Assembly: GCA_964603585.1 (NCBI GenBank)
Contig: CAZRVK010000001.1
Location: 335,856 to 399,855, forward strand
From: an uncultured Planctomycetales bacterium
GTDB lineage: Bacteria > Omnitrophota > Gorgyraeia > Gygaellales > Profunditerraquicolaceae
Reading direction: 5' to 3'
DNA length: 64,000 bases
Shown here: piece by piece, positions 38,523-46,629 of the stretch
Position numbering within the stretch: position 1 is the first letter of the stretch
How the letters are laid out: each line of letters starts with the position of its first letter
Made by a program: the position numbers and the translations under genes
Notes under the pieces: model-generated
What the model saw: the letters and a program-made list of their open reading frames with translations, nothing else
Told to the model about the DNA's origin: nothing
Database searches by the model: none

Positions 38523-40199
38523 TTAAACCTTACCTAACCCGAATGGAGGATAAACTTCAGGATCTACCACCACATCGATTATTGCGGCCTTGCCGCAATT
38601 AAGGGCTTTGGCAAATGCGGCATCAAAATCCTCAAGTTTCTCTACATGCGCGCCATAGGCTCCACAGGCCTCGGCATACTTGACAAAATCGGGGTTGGTA
38701 AATTGCATAAAAGCCTCTTCCCCGAAAAGATTAAGCAGAAACTTCTTTATGACATTGAACTCGCCGTTATTGAATATAACCCAGATAACCGGTATATTAT
38801 ACTGGATCGCGGTCATAAGTTCAAAACCTGCCATTTGATAAGCTCCATCCCCACAGCCGCAAACTACCGTTCTTCGAGGGTTGGCGCATTTTACCCCAAG
38901 AGTGCCGTTAACATGGCTGGCCATCGGGCCAAAACTGCCAGGGTTCTGATAGAGCTGATGCTTATCGAGATTCAGGTAGCAATTAAGCCACAACATATGA
39001 GAACCGGCATCACCCATAATAATCGAATTTTCCGGTAAATTGCGTGAGATCGCTTTAACTAATTCTGCCGGATGTATTTTACTCCCTTGAGCAACTACCG
39101 GCAGATCATACCACTTCTCTTTGGCAATCGATTTCGGGACAACCCTCGCCGATTTTTTAGAGATCTCTTTATTAAGCACGATCAATGCTAATTTCGCATC
39201 GCCTACTACCGGATAATCCGCTTTATAAACCTTATCGATCTCATGCCGGTCAATATTTATATGTGCTAATTTCTTATCCTTAAAAAGATCCGGTTTAAAA
39301 GAAAATGTTGCATTTTGCGCGAAAGAATTACCTACCGCCAATATTACTTTTGCCTCCTGGAAATATTTATTTGCCCCGGGGTCTCCGGAAGTGCCATAAA
39401 CGCCCAGACATAAAGGATGATTTTCAGGGATAATGCCTTTAGCGTCCATAGTTGCGGTAAATGGGATCTGTAAATATTCCAGAAGTTCTAAAACCTCTTT
39501 TTCTGCATGACTGCGAATGAGGCCGTAACCTAATATCGCCATAACCTGCAGATTATTATCTGCCGCCTGCACCAAAAGATCTGCCACCGCATCGATCTGC
39601 TTCTGATCAAGGAAAATCGGTTTTACCTGCAATTCAATTTGGCGGAAATTCTTCACCTGCATGATCGTCACATCCTTAGGAACATGGATATGCACAGGGC
39701 CAGGACGTCCGTCAAACGCCAGGTTTATCGCTTCTTCCAAAATATCGCAAACAGAATCCGGGTCTTCAACAATAAAAGACTTTTTTGTTGTAGCATTGAA
39801 CATTTTCGGCGAATCCGGTGTCCGGCTTAGCCCGGTAGCCTCATTTAAAGCCCCCTTGCCGCGGTCGCGCGCCGAGGTGTATCCGGAGATCGCCAGTACC
39901 GGCAGGGAATCGGAAAACGCAACTGCAAGCCCGGAAAAAAGGTTGAATTCCCCCGGACCGCCGGTAGCAAAGCATACCCCCAATTTATCAGAAAACATGG
40001 AATACCCGCAGGCCATAAAAGAAGCCGCCTGCTCGTTACGAATGATCACCGTCTTAATCTTATCCGACCTTTTTAAAGCCAAAAGCATCGAGCCGTTTAC
40101 CTGGCCAGAACCTCCAAAAACATGATCGACCCCTACCGATTCCAAGACTTTAACAATCGCCTCGTTAACATCCATGATCTTGCTCCTTGTTGAGAACAA
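38523..40199 (-). CDS. thiamine-diphosphate-dependent enzyme of the acetolactate-synthase/POX family
   Basis: N-terminal Pyr domain (..VFGGSGQVNGSMLLAL..), central domain, C-terminal PP domain with ..GCGDGAYQM.. ThDP-binding motif (GDG..N). Confidence 0.8.
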   Translation of the reverse strand: MFSTRSKIMDVNEAIVKVLESVGVDHVFGGSGQVNGSMLLALKRSDKIKTVIIRNEQAASFMACGYSMFSDKLGVCFATGGPGEFNLFSGLAVAFSDSLPVLAISGYTSARDRGKGALNEATGLSRTPDSPKMFNATTKKSFIVEDPDSVCDILEEAINLAFDGRPGPVHIHVPKDVTIMQVKNFRQIELQVKPIFLDQKQIDAVADLLVQAADNNLQVMAILGYGLIRSHAEKEVLELLEYLQIPFTATMDAKGIIPENHPLCLGVYGTSGDPGANKYFQEAKVILAVGNSFAQNATFSFKPDLFKDKKLAHINIDRHEIDKVYKADYPVVGDAKLALIVLNKEISKKSARVVPKSIAKEKWYDLPVVAQGSKIHPAELVKAISRNLPENSIIMGDAGSHMLWLNCYLNLDKHQLYQNPGSFGPMASHVNGTLGVKCANPRRTVVCGCGDGAYQMAGFELMTAIQYNIPVIWVIFNNGEFNVIKKFLLNLFGEEAFMQFTNPDFVKYAEACGAYGAHVEKLEDFDAAFAKALNCGKAAIIDVVVDPEVYPPFGLGKV

Positions 40200-40212
40200 T
40201 ACATAAACTTGC

Positions 40213-40434
40213 CTACTTCTGCTGATTGAATTTTCCTACCGCTAACTTTGGAGGCCGTTTAGAAAACAACACCCCATCACAAGCGGCATTATCCAATGAA
40301 TACCCGTCAAAGAATAAATAAATCCGATCACGAGGGACTTTTGAGACTTCAGAGAATATAGTGATATATTTATCCGCGAGAATTTCTTTTTGTTCATCGG
40401 TAAGCTCTAAAGAATGGATGATAATTGCAGGCAT
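40213..40434 (-). CDS. tautomerase-superfamily (4-oxalocrotonate tautomerase-like) small protein
   Basis: 73 aa. N-terminal Met-Pro (catalytic Pro1 after Met removal): MPAIIIHSLELTDEQKEILADKYITIFSEV.. beta-alpha-beta pattern. Confidence 0.55.
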   Translation of the reverse strand: MPAIIIHSLELTDEQKEILADKYITIFSEVSKVPRDRIYLFFDGYSLDNAACDGVLFSKRPPKLAVGKFNQQK

Positions 40435-40449
40435 AACCCCTCCTGATTT

Positions 40450-40490
40450 TAAAAAATACCCCGCGCCTGCCTAAACCGGCAGGCGCGAGG
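40450..40490 (-). terminator. rho-independent terminator at the end of the ~8-kb operon ending with the 40511-41284 gene
   Basis: 10-bp GC-rich stem CGCGCCTGCC-taaacc-GGCAGGCGCG. On the minus strand it is followed by GGGTATTTTTTAAAATC. Confidence 0.55.
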
Positions 40491-40510
40491 CTTATACCTT
40501 TTTAATTAAC

Positions 40511-41284
40511 TTATTTTGATGCTAACACTTCAACTATTTTTTTACCGTATGCAATGGAAGATTCAACTGAAGTCCCGGTAACAAACGGCCAGTCAAAAGC
40601 GACTTCCGGATGTTCACGATTTGCCTTTTCATTAGCAATACACTTGCCTCCGGGGCCAACTGCATCTCTGACCAACGGTTCAAGCGGCCAAAGGAACCCC
40701 GGTGTATGCACATCCGTCCCTTTATTATCAGGGGTAACTCCGTAAAGGTCATAGGTAAAATCCCAGTCCGGGCCGTAAAAATCCCAGGATGCCGGGTGAG
40801 CAGTAACGGTCTTTCCGTAGATCACGCTTTTTCCCTCTTTTTTGGGATCACGGCAAAACACTAACGCCGAAACCGAATAACATAATGCACCAACCAGCTT
40901 ATTAGAAGCTAAAGCATCCTTGATCAACTTATGCAAATTGTAATTATTGCACATATCGATCATCGCCCCTAACCCGCCGGTCAAAACAAGGGCGTCATAA
41001 TCAGCCATTTTAGCATCCTTGAACTTGATCGGTTTTGCCCATTCATTGCCATCAGTCAATTCTTTGATCCTTTTGCACACCTCCGGTGGATTAACATGGA
41101 AGTTGATGATCGGATCAACAAAATCAGGGTTGACGCTAACCGCCAAAGGCAACGGTTTCTTTCCTAAAGGAGTCGTAAGCGTAAGATCATGGCCAGCGGC
41201 CTTCAAGATATCCCAAGGGGCCTGTAATTCTTCACCCCAAGTACCGTAATTCGTAGCACAAATCAACACTTTTTTCTTGCCCAT
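40511..41284 (-). CDS. class-I glutamine amidotransferase-like (DJ-1/PfpI/Hsp31-like) protein
   Basis: 257 aa. Flavodoxin-like alternating pattern, ..DALVLTGGLGAMID.. and ..KLVGALCYSVSAL.. (nucleophile-elbow Cys). Confidence 0.5.
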   Translation of the reverse strand: MGKKKVLICATNYGTWGEELQAPWDILKAAGHDLTLTTPLGKKPLPLAVSVNPDFVDPIINFHVNPPEVCKRIKELTDGNEWAKPIKFKDAKMADYDALVLTGGLGAMIDMCNNYNLHKLIKDALASNKLVGALCYSVSALVFCRDPKKEGKSVIYGKTVTAHPASWDFYGPDWDFTYDLYGVTPDNKGTDVHTPGFLWPLEPLVRDAVGPGGKCIANEKANREHPEVAFDWPFVTGTSVESSIAYGKKIVEVLASK

Positions 41285-41316
41285 TACTTCCTCCTTTTGT
41301 TATTGGTTTAACTTCG

Positions 41317-41652
41317 TCACTTTTCCATCCATGGAAAATCTAATTTCACCGGGCTAAAGACATCGATCGCCTCGGTTTGTCCGACAGCCACAAACTCATG
41401 CAAAACATCAGCCGGGATAAAATAAGCATCCCCTGCCTTAAGTTCAGCGGTTTCATCCCCAATGATCATTTTGAATCCGCCTTTGATCACATACCCAAAC
41501 TGTTCCTGGGAATGTTTATGCATCTTTACCACACTTTTATCGGCCATATCCCAATGCTGTGCGTTCATTTTTTGACCTTGCCCGAAATATTGGCGGATAA
41601 CTCCTCCTCCCCCCATATCCATTTTTTCTAATTTTTGGCGAAAACAAAACAT
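41317..41652 (-). CDS. cupin-domain protein
   Basis: ..HKHSQEQFGYVIKGGFKMIIGDETAELKAGDAYFIPADVLHEF.. two-motif cupin signature. Confidence 0.6.
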   Translation of the reverse strand: MFCFRQKLEKMDMGGGGVIRQYFGQGQKMNAQHWDMADKSVVKMHKHSQEQFGYVIKGGFKMIIGDETAELKAGDAYFIPADVLHEFVAVGQTEAIDVFSPVKLDFPWMEK

Positions 41653-41661
41653 ATCCCCTCC

Positions 41662-42228
41662 TTAAACTTTATCGAGCAGTTCAATGATCTTTTTTGCAAA
41701 AAGATTGCAGTGCCCTCCGCTTCTTGCGGTAACAAGGTCCCCGTCTACCACCACATCCTCATCCACATAAACCAGGCCCATGTTCTTTGCATCCCCTAAT
41801 AAATTATTATGCACCACGGCTCGCCGGCCTTTTACCAATTCTGGGAGAGGAGCCAAAAGCCACATCCCATGGCAGATGATCCCTTTGATAATTCCCTTTT
41901 GGGCAAAAGCCCGCTTTAAGAATTCCACCGCGGGAGGGAGCTTATTTATATTTTCGGTATATCTTAGGCGATCTGCTACCATTCCCGCAGGAACAATTAC
42001 CGCCGCATAACTTTTAAGCTCAACATCCGTCATCTCCTCAAAACTCTTATTGCAATCCATGGGAACATGATACTCATGGCCTTTAAAAGAAAGGGAAGAG
42101 CACCCCCAAAGCCGGGTCAAAAAATGCACATCCATCCCCTCCTCGGCAAACCGGAATTTATAATACCATATCTCCGGTTCGTAATAATCCGCTTCCAGTA
42201 AAATACCGATTTTTTTGCCTTTTAACAT
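41662..42228 (-). CDS. DJ-1/PfpI family protein
   Basis: 188 aa. ..KGIICHGMWLL.. nucleophile elbow with Cys-His. ..AAVIVPAG.. pattern. Confidence 0.75.
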   Translation of the reverse strand: MLKGKKIGILLEADYYEPEIWYYKFRFAEEGMDVHFLTRLWGCSSLSFKGHEYHVPMDCNKSFEEMTDVELKSYAAVIVPAGMVADRLRYTENINKLPPAVEFLKRAFAQKGIIKGIICHGMWLLAPLPELVKGRRAVVHNNLLGDAKNMGLVYVDEDVVVDGDLVTARSGGHCNLFAKKIIELLDKV

Positions 42229-42231
42229 ATG

Positions 42232-43788
42232 CTAAGCTCCTTTATATTTTACGGCTAACATCGTTATATCATCGGATTGCGGTGCTCCCTGCACAAAAGC
42301 GCTTATTTCATCGCGCACCTTAGGAATGACCTGTTTTATTCCCAAGGATTTCATTTCTTTCAATGTGTTCTTTAATTTTTCCTCCGAAAACATCTTGCGT
42401 TCCGGATTCATTGCTTCAGTGACCCCGTCAGTATATAAAAATATCGTTTCCCCGGGTTTAAGCGTCAGGCTGTTATTCTCACACTTGCAGTTTTCCATCA
42501 CCCCGACCACGAAACCTCCAGGGACCTTTAAAAAATCTACTCCTCCTTCATTCGTCATGATAAGCGGAGGATTATGCCCGGCATTGCAAAATTGCATAAC
42601 ACCTGTTTCGATATCCAGAATAACGCAAAAAACCGTAACAAAAAGGCAGGTAGGATTATCCGGACAGAGGATATTATTAACGTTGGATAAGGTTTTATCT
42701 GCGGTTAACCCGCGTTTTGCTTCATTCTTGATCAAAGTCTTGCTGATCGCCATAAATAATGCCGCCGGCACCCCTTTTCCGGAAACATCTCCAATCGCAA
42801 AGCACAAATGCTTATCATCAATAAAGAAGAAATCATAAAAATCCCCGCCTACTTCTTTAGCGGCATCCATCATCGCGAATATCTCGAATTCCTTCCTCTC
42901 CGGGAATACTGTAGGCAGCATGCTCAACTGGATCTCACGGGCTATACGCAATTCGCTTTCGATACGTTCCCTGGCTTCGGTCTCTGCCTTAAGGTTCTCG
43001 ATGAACCGTTTAATGCTCAACTGGATCATTTCGATCGCAAGCTTCGGGTCCTGGCCGAAGAATTTGATCACCTCATCCCTGCCCATAGTATAGGTTTCCA
43101 GGTCCTCTTCACAGACAGCAGACGCGGTCCTTTCCTTAAAAGGAGAAAAAATCCCCATCTCACCGATCACCTGGCATTCACGAATGATCTTATTGATCTC
43201 CACCAGCCTTATCGCGCCTTTTTTTATATAAAACATCCGGTCTGCCTGATCCCCGGCCTTAAAGATGATATCCCCCTTTTTAAATTCCTCTTTTTTCATG
43301 AAAGAAAGAGGCCACCGGCAACTGGGCGGATCTTCCAAGGTTTCTTTCCGCGCAGGATCTTGCAGGGACTTTGTTTCTAATGGCGTGCCGCCGTTTTTGA
43401 TAAGTGTAAGGATATTATGTCCCCTGTCTCTCTTATATTTAACTTCATCCATTATCTTGCGGATCATGAATATCCCCAATCCACCTATCCGGCGTTCTTC
43501 CATCGGCGCCTGGATATTAGGTTCCGGCAGGGTAAGCGGGTCAAAGGCGATCCCGGAATCAATAATTTCGATTTCTAATCCGGTTTCTTTATTGTTATAA
43601 ATAATCTCCAGATCTCCGTTTTTTCCCGGGTAAGCGTAATTGATCACATTTACCAAAGCCTCTTCACAGGCAAGCTGGATCTTATTAATCTGCTCTTTAT
43701 CAAACCCCTGCCTGCGCGCGCCCTCTCGAACGAAAGCGAACATTTTTTCTAAATTCTCCAGATGCGCCGGAACAAACAGCCTTTCCAT
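42232..43788 (-). CDS. tri-domain partner-switching regulator: N-terminal RsbW/SpoIIAB-like HATPase_c_2 kinase domain + cyclic-nucleotide-binding (CAP_ED) domain + C-terminal PP2C/SpoIIE (RsbU-like) phosphatase domain
   Basis: N-terminal ..EEALVNVINYAYPGKNGDLEI..GGLGIFMIRKIMDEV.. (GHKL anti-sigma kinase). Middle ..GDIIFKAGDQADRMFYIKKGAIRLVE..GEMGIF.. (cNMP binding). C-terminal ..ELRIAREIQLSMLP..GGDFYDFFFIDDKHLCFAIGDVSGKGVPAALFMA.. (SpoIIE). Confidence 0.75.
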   Translation of the reverse strand: MERLFVPAHLENLEKMFAFVREGARRQGFDKEQINKIQLACEEALVNVINYAYPGKNGDLEIIYNNKETGLEIEIIDSGIAFDPLTLPEPNIQAPMEERRIGGLGIFMIRKIMDEVKYKRDRGHNILTLIKNGGTPLETKSLQDPARKETLEDPPSCRWPLSFMKKEEFKKGDIIFKAGDQADRMFYIKKGAIRLVEINKIIRECQVIGEMGIFSPFKERTASAVCEEDLETYTMGRDEVIKFFGQDPKLAIEMIQLSIKRFIENLKAETEARERIESELRIAREIQLSMLPTVFPERKEFEIFAMMDAAKEVGGDFYDFFFIDDKHLCFAIGDVSGKGVPAALFMAISKTLIKNEAKRGLTADKTLSNVNNILCPDNPTCLFVTVFCVILDIETGVMQFCNAGHNPPLIMTNEGGVDFLKVPGGFVVGVMENCKCENNSLTLKPGETIFLYTDGVTEAMNPERKMFSEEKLKNTLKEMKSLGIKQVIPKVRDEISAFVQGAPQSDDITMLAVKYKGA

Positions 43789-43791
43789 ATT

Positions 43792-44112
43792 TTATTCAGT
43801 ATATGAGGCCTGGATGGTCATAAAATTATCCAAACCGCTCATGGTGATCACATTAAGAATGGCCTCCTGCGCACCTACAAGAAAAATCTCGGCATCAACG
43901 CCTATCTTCTGCTTAGCGAATATGATCACCCGTAATCCTGCACTCGAAATATACTCAAGGCTGGATGCCATAAAAACCAATCTGGCGATCTTCTGCCCCA
44001 CCAGTTTTTTAAGCTCCTCTTGAAGGCCTTCAGCATTGGTCGCATCCAGCCTGCCAATAAGCTCAACCTTTACCACGCCATTATTAGTTGTTACCATAAA
44101 TTTAGGCTCCAT
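43792..44112 (-). CDS. STAS-domain anti-sigma-factor antagonist (RsbV/SpoIIAA-like)
   Basis: 106 aa. ..LEYISSAGLRVIIFA.. with phosphorylatable Ser in the conserved DLSxVxxIDSSGL-like position. Confidence 0.75.
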   Translation of the reverse strand: MEPKFMVTTNNGVVKVELIGRLDATNAEGLQEELKKLVGQKIARLVFMASSLEYISSAGLRVIIFAKQKIGVDAEIFLVGAQEAILNVITMSGLDNFMTIQASYTE

Positions 44113-44145
44113 AATATATGTCTCCTTGTCTTTAAAAAACAGTTC

Positions 44146-46278
44146 TTAACCTTTATCTTTGCCTACTAATATAACGACCGAGCGCGGGCCGACCAAGAAT
44201 TCCCTCTGACTGCCCAACTTCACCTCTCGGCCGACTTCCCAAATATCGTAAGGAACAGATGCATCGGTATTTGCGAATACATGCCAGGACATGTAATCAT
44301 GCAATGTGGGTAATTCAAATCCATGCATCTGCCAATCCATATTCATCGCCACATATATAGAATTATCTTTTACCGTACCGCCTTTGGCGTGCCTGCCGCA
44401 AAGCATAAACGCCAGCATCCGGCTGTCCGCCGACCAATCCGCATTCCAAGACTTAGTCCCATGCCAGGTTATATCGGCGAATCCACTGCCCACATAATCC
44501 CGGTTCTGAAAATGGGACAAACTGCGTAAAACCGGATGCGCCTTGCGAAAAGCGATCATTTTAGAAAAGAAATTAAAAAGCTCCCGGTTATCTTCAAGCC
44601 GCCTCCAGTCCAGCCAGGAGATCTCATTATCCTGGCAATAAGCATTATTATTCCCCCACTGGGTATTAGCCATTTCATCTCCGGCAAGGATCATAGGAGT
44701 CCCCTGGCTCACTAAGAGCATGGCAATGGCATTTTTCATCTGCTTCATCCTCAATTTGCTAATATTAAGATCCCCGGTTTCCCCCTCCCAGCCGCAATTC
44801 CAGCTGTAATTATCATTTGAACCATCGGAATTATCCTCGCCGTTCGCCTCATTATGCTTTTGGTTGTAAGAAACCAGGTCATTCAGGGTGAAACCATCAT
44901 GTGCGGTAATAAAATTTATTGATGCGCACGTACCACGGCCTTCCCATCCATATAAATCCGGAGAACCTTGCAGGCGCTGGGCCATTGCACCAACCATCCC
45001 CTGGTCACCTTTAAGGAATTTCCGAAGGTCATCCCGGTATTTGCCATTCCACTCCGCCCAACGCCCCCAGGCAGGAAAACATCCCACCTGATAAAGTCCT
45101 CCCGCATCCCAGGCCTCGGCAATAAGTTTGCATTTACCCAATATCGGATCAAAAGCCAGGGTCTCAAGAAGCGGCGGGCTGTGCATCGGAGCTCCGGTCT
45201 GATCACGGCCAAGGATCGATGCCAAATCAAAGCGAAAGCCATCAATATGATAATCCGATGCCCAATAACGCAGGCAATCAAGTATCATGTTCCTGACGAT
45301 CGGATTATTGCAATTCAAAGTATTACCGCATCCGCTGAAATTAAAATAGTAGCCATCCGGAGTAAGCAAATAATATGTCTTATTATCGATCCCGCGATAC
45401 GAAATATAAGGCCCTTTTTCATTGCCTTCGGCAGTATGATTAAAGACCACATCTAAGATAACCTCGATCCCATTCTTATGCAGTTCACGGATCAATGTTT
45501 TACATTCATCAACCTGCATTCCATATTTACCGGTAGCGGCATACCCTGCCTTAGGGGCAAAAAAACCGACATTGCTATACCCCCAGTAATTCATCAGCAT
45601 TTTACCGGTAGCTTTTGAAACACGGGAATTCTCGAATTCGTCGAACTCATGTATCGGCATGAGCTCAACGCAATTTACGCCTAATTCTTTAATATACGCT
45701 ATTTTTTCCTTTAACCCTGAAAATGTCCCGGGATGCTTAACTCCTGATGAGGAATGTTTAGTAAACCCCCTGACGTGGGTTTCATAAATTATCAGGTCTT
45801 CGATCGGAGTCTCCAGAGGATGGTCATTCTCCCAATCAAAATCGTCAAAACAAATACGTGAACGATGTTGATAAATATCGTTCCAGTCGGGAGAAACTCC
45901 CCAAACATCCCTGCCTCCGATCGCTTTGGCATAAGGATCCATTAAGACCTTGTTTTTATCAAAACGCTGCCCTTCATGCGGGGCAAATGGACCGTCCATA
46001 TAGAATCCATACTCCAGATTCTCATAATCAAGATCAAAAACTACCATAGTAAAAACATTGCCGATCTTGAACTCATTTTTAAAAGGTATAGCGCAGAATG
46101 GTTTGGGTTCATGCTTATTGAAAAGCACCAGGTGGCAGCTGGTGGCAAACCGGGAGTAAATCGAGAAATTGACCCCTCCCGGGACAATGGTTGCGCCGAA
46201 AGGAAGCGGTTTTCCAACGCGCAGACGGAACTTCCCGCAATCACAAACATGTGTAGGATGCAGATCAACCCTGAACAT
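44146..46278 (-). CDS. glgX: glycogen debranching enzyme GlgX / isoamylase (GH13 with N-terminal CBM48)
   Basis: 710 aa. GH13 regions ..DVVFNHTAEGNE.., ..GFRFDLASILGRD.., ..EAWDAGG.., ..FITAHDGFTLNDLVSY... Confidence 0.85.
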   Translation of the reverse strand: MFRVDLHPTHVCDCGKFRLRVGKPLPFGATIVPGGVNFSIYSRFATSCHLVLFNKHEPKPFCAIPFKNEFKIGNVFTMVVFDLDYENLEYGFYMDGPFAPHEGQRFDKNKVLMDPYAKAIGGRDVWGVSPDWNDIYQHRSRICFDDFDWENDHPLETPIEDLIIYETHVRGFTKHSSSGVKHPGTFSGLKEKIAYIKELGVNCVELMPIHEFDEFENSRVSKATGKMLMNYWGYSNVGFFAPKAGYAATGKYGMQVDECKTLIRELHKNGIEVILDVVFNHTAEGNEKGPYISYRGIDNKTYYLLTPDGYYFNFSGCGNTLNCNNPIVRNMILDCLRYWASDYHIDGFRFDLASILGRDQTGAPMHSPPLLETLAFDPILGKCKLIAEAWDAGGLYQVGCFPAWGRWAEWNGKYRDDLRKFLKGDQGMVGAMAQRLQGSPDLYGWEGRGTCASINFITAHDGFTLNDLVSYNQKHNEANGEDNSDGSNDNYSWNCGWEGETGDLNISKLRMKQMKNAIAMLLVSQGTPMILAGDEMANTQWGNNNAYCQDNEISWLDWRRLEDNRELFNFFSKMIAFRKAHPVLRSLSHFQNRDYVGSGFADITWHGTKSWNADWSADSRMLAFMLCGRHAKGGTVKDNSIYVAMNMDWQMHGFELPTLHDYMSWHVFANTDASVPYDIWEVGREVKLGSQREFLVGPRSVVILVGKDKG

Positions 46279-46619
46279 TAGGCCTCCTTACGCAATGATT
46301 CCAATGCCGCCTCGATCGAAACATAGGTTTTAAAGAAGTTATTGAACCCGGTCATCTCCATGACATCCCGGATCTCATCGGAAAGGCCGCTTAAGACCAA
46401 CACCCCTCCTTGGGTAGAAAGCTGTTTAGCCCCCATCAGTAACAGCCTCAAGCCGGCACTGGAAACATATTCACAATTCTCCATATCAAGGACCAAAAAC
46501 ATCTTTCCGGTTAAAAGAGGCATGATATTATCCTGGGCATCATTGACAGTGTTACCGTCCAGGCTGCCGGAAATCTTGATAATAGTGGCATTGTCTTGGA
46601 TACGTGTACTAATCTCCAT
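46278..46619 (-). CDS. STAS-domain anti-sigma-factor antagonist
   Basis: 113 aa. ..CEYVSSAGLRLLLMG.. Start codon overlaps the glgX region boundary. Confidence 0.75.
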   Translation of the reverse strand: MEISTRIQDNATIIKISGSLDGNTVNDAQDNIMPLLTGKMFLVLDMENCEYVSSAGLRLLLMGAKQLSTQGGVLVLSGLSDEIRDVMEMTGFNNFFKTYVSIEAALESLRKEA

Positions 46620-46629
46620 TTTTTCTCTC

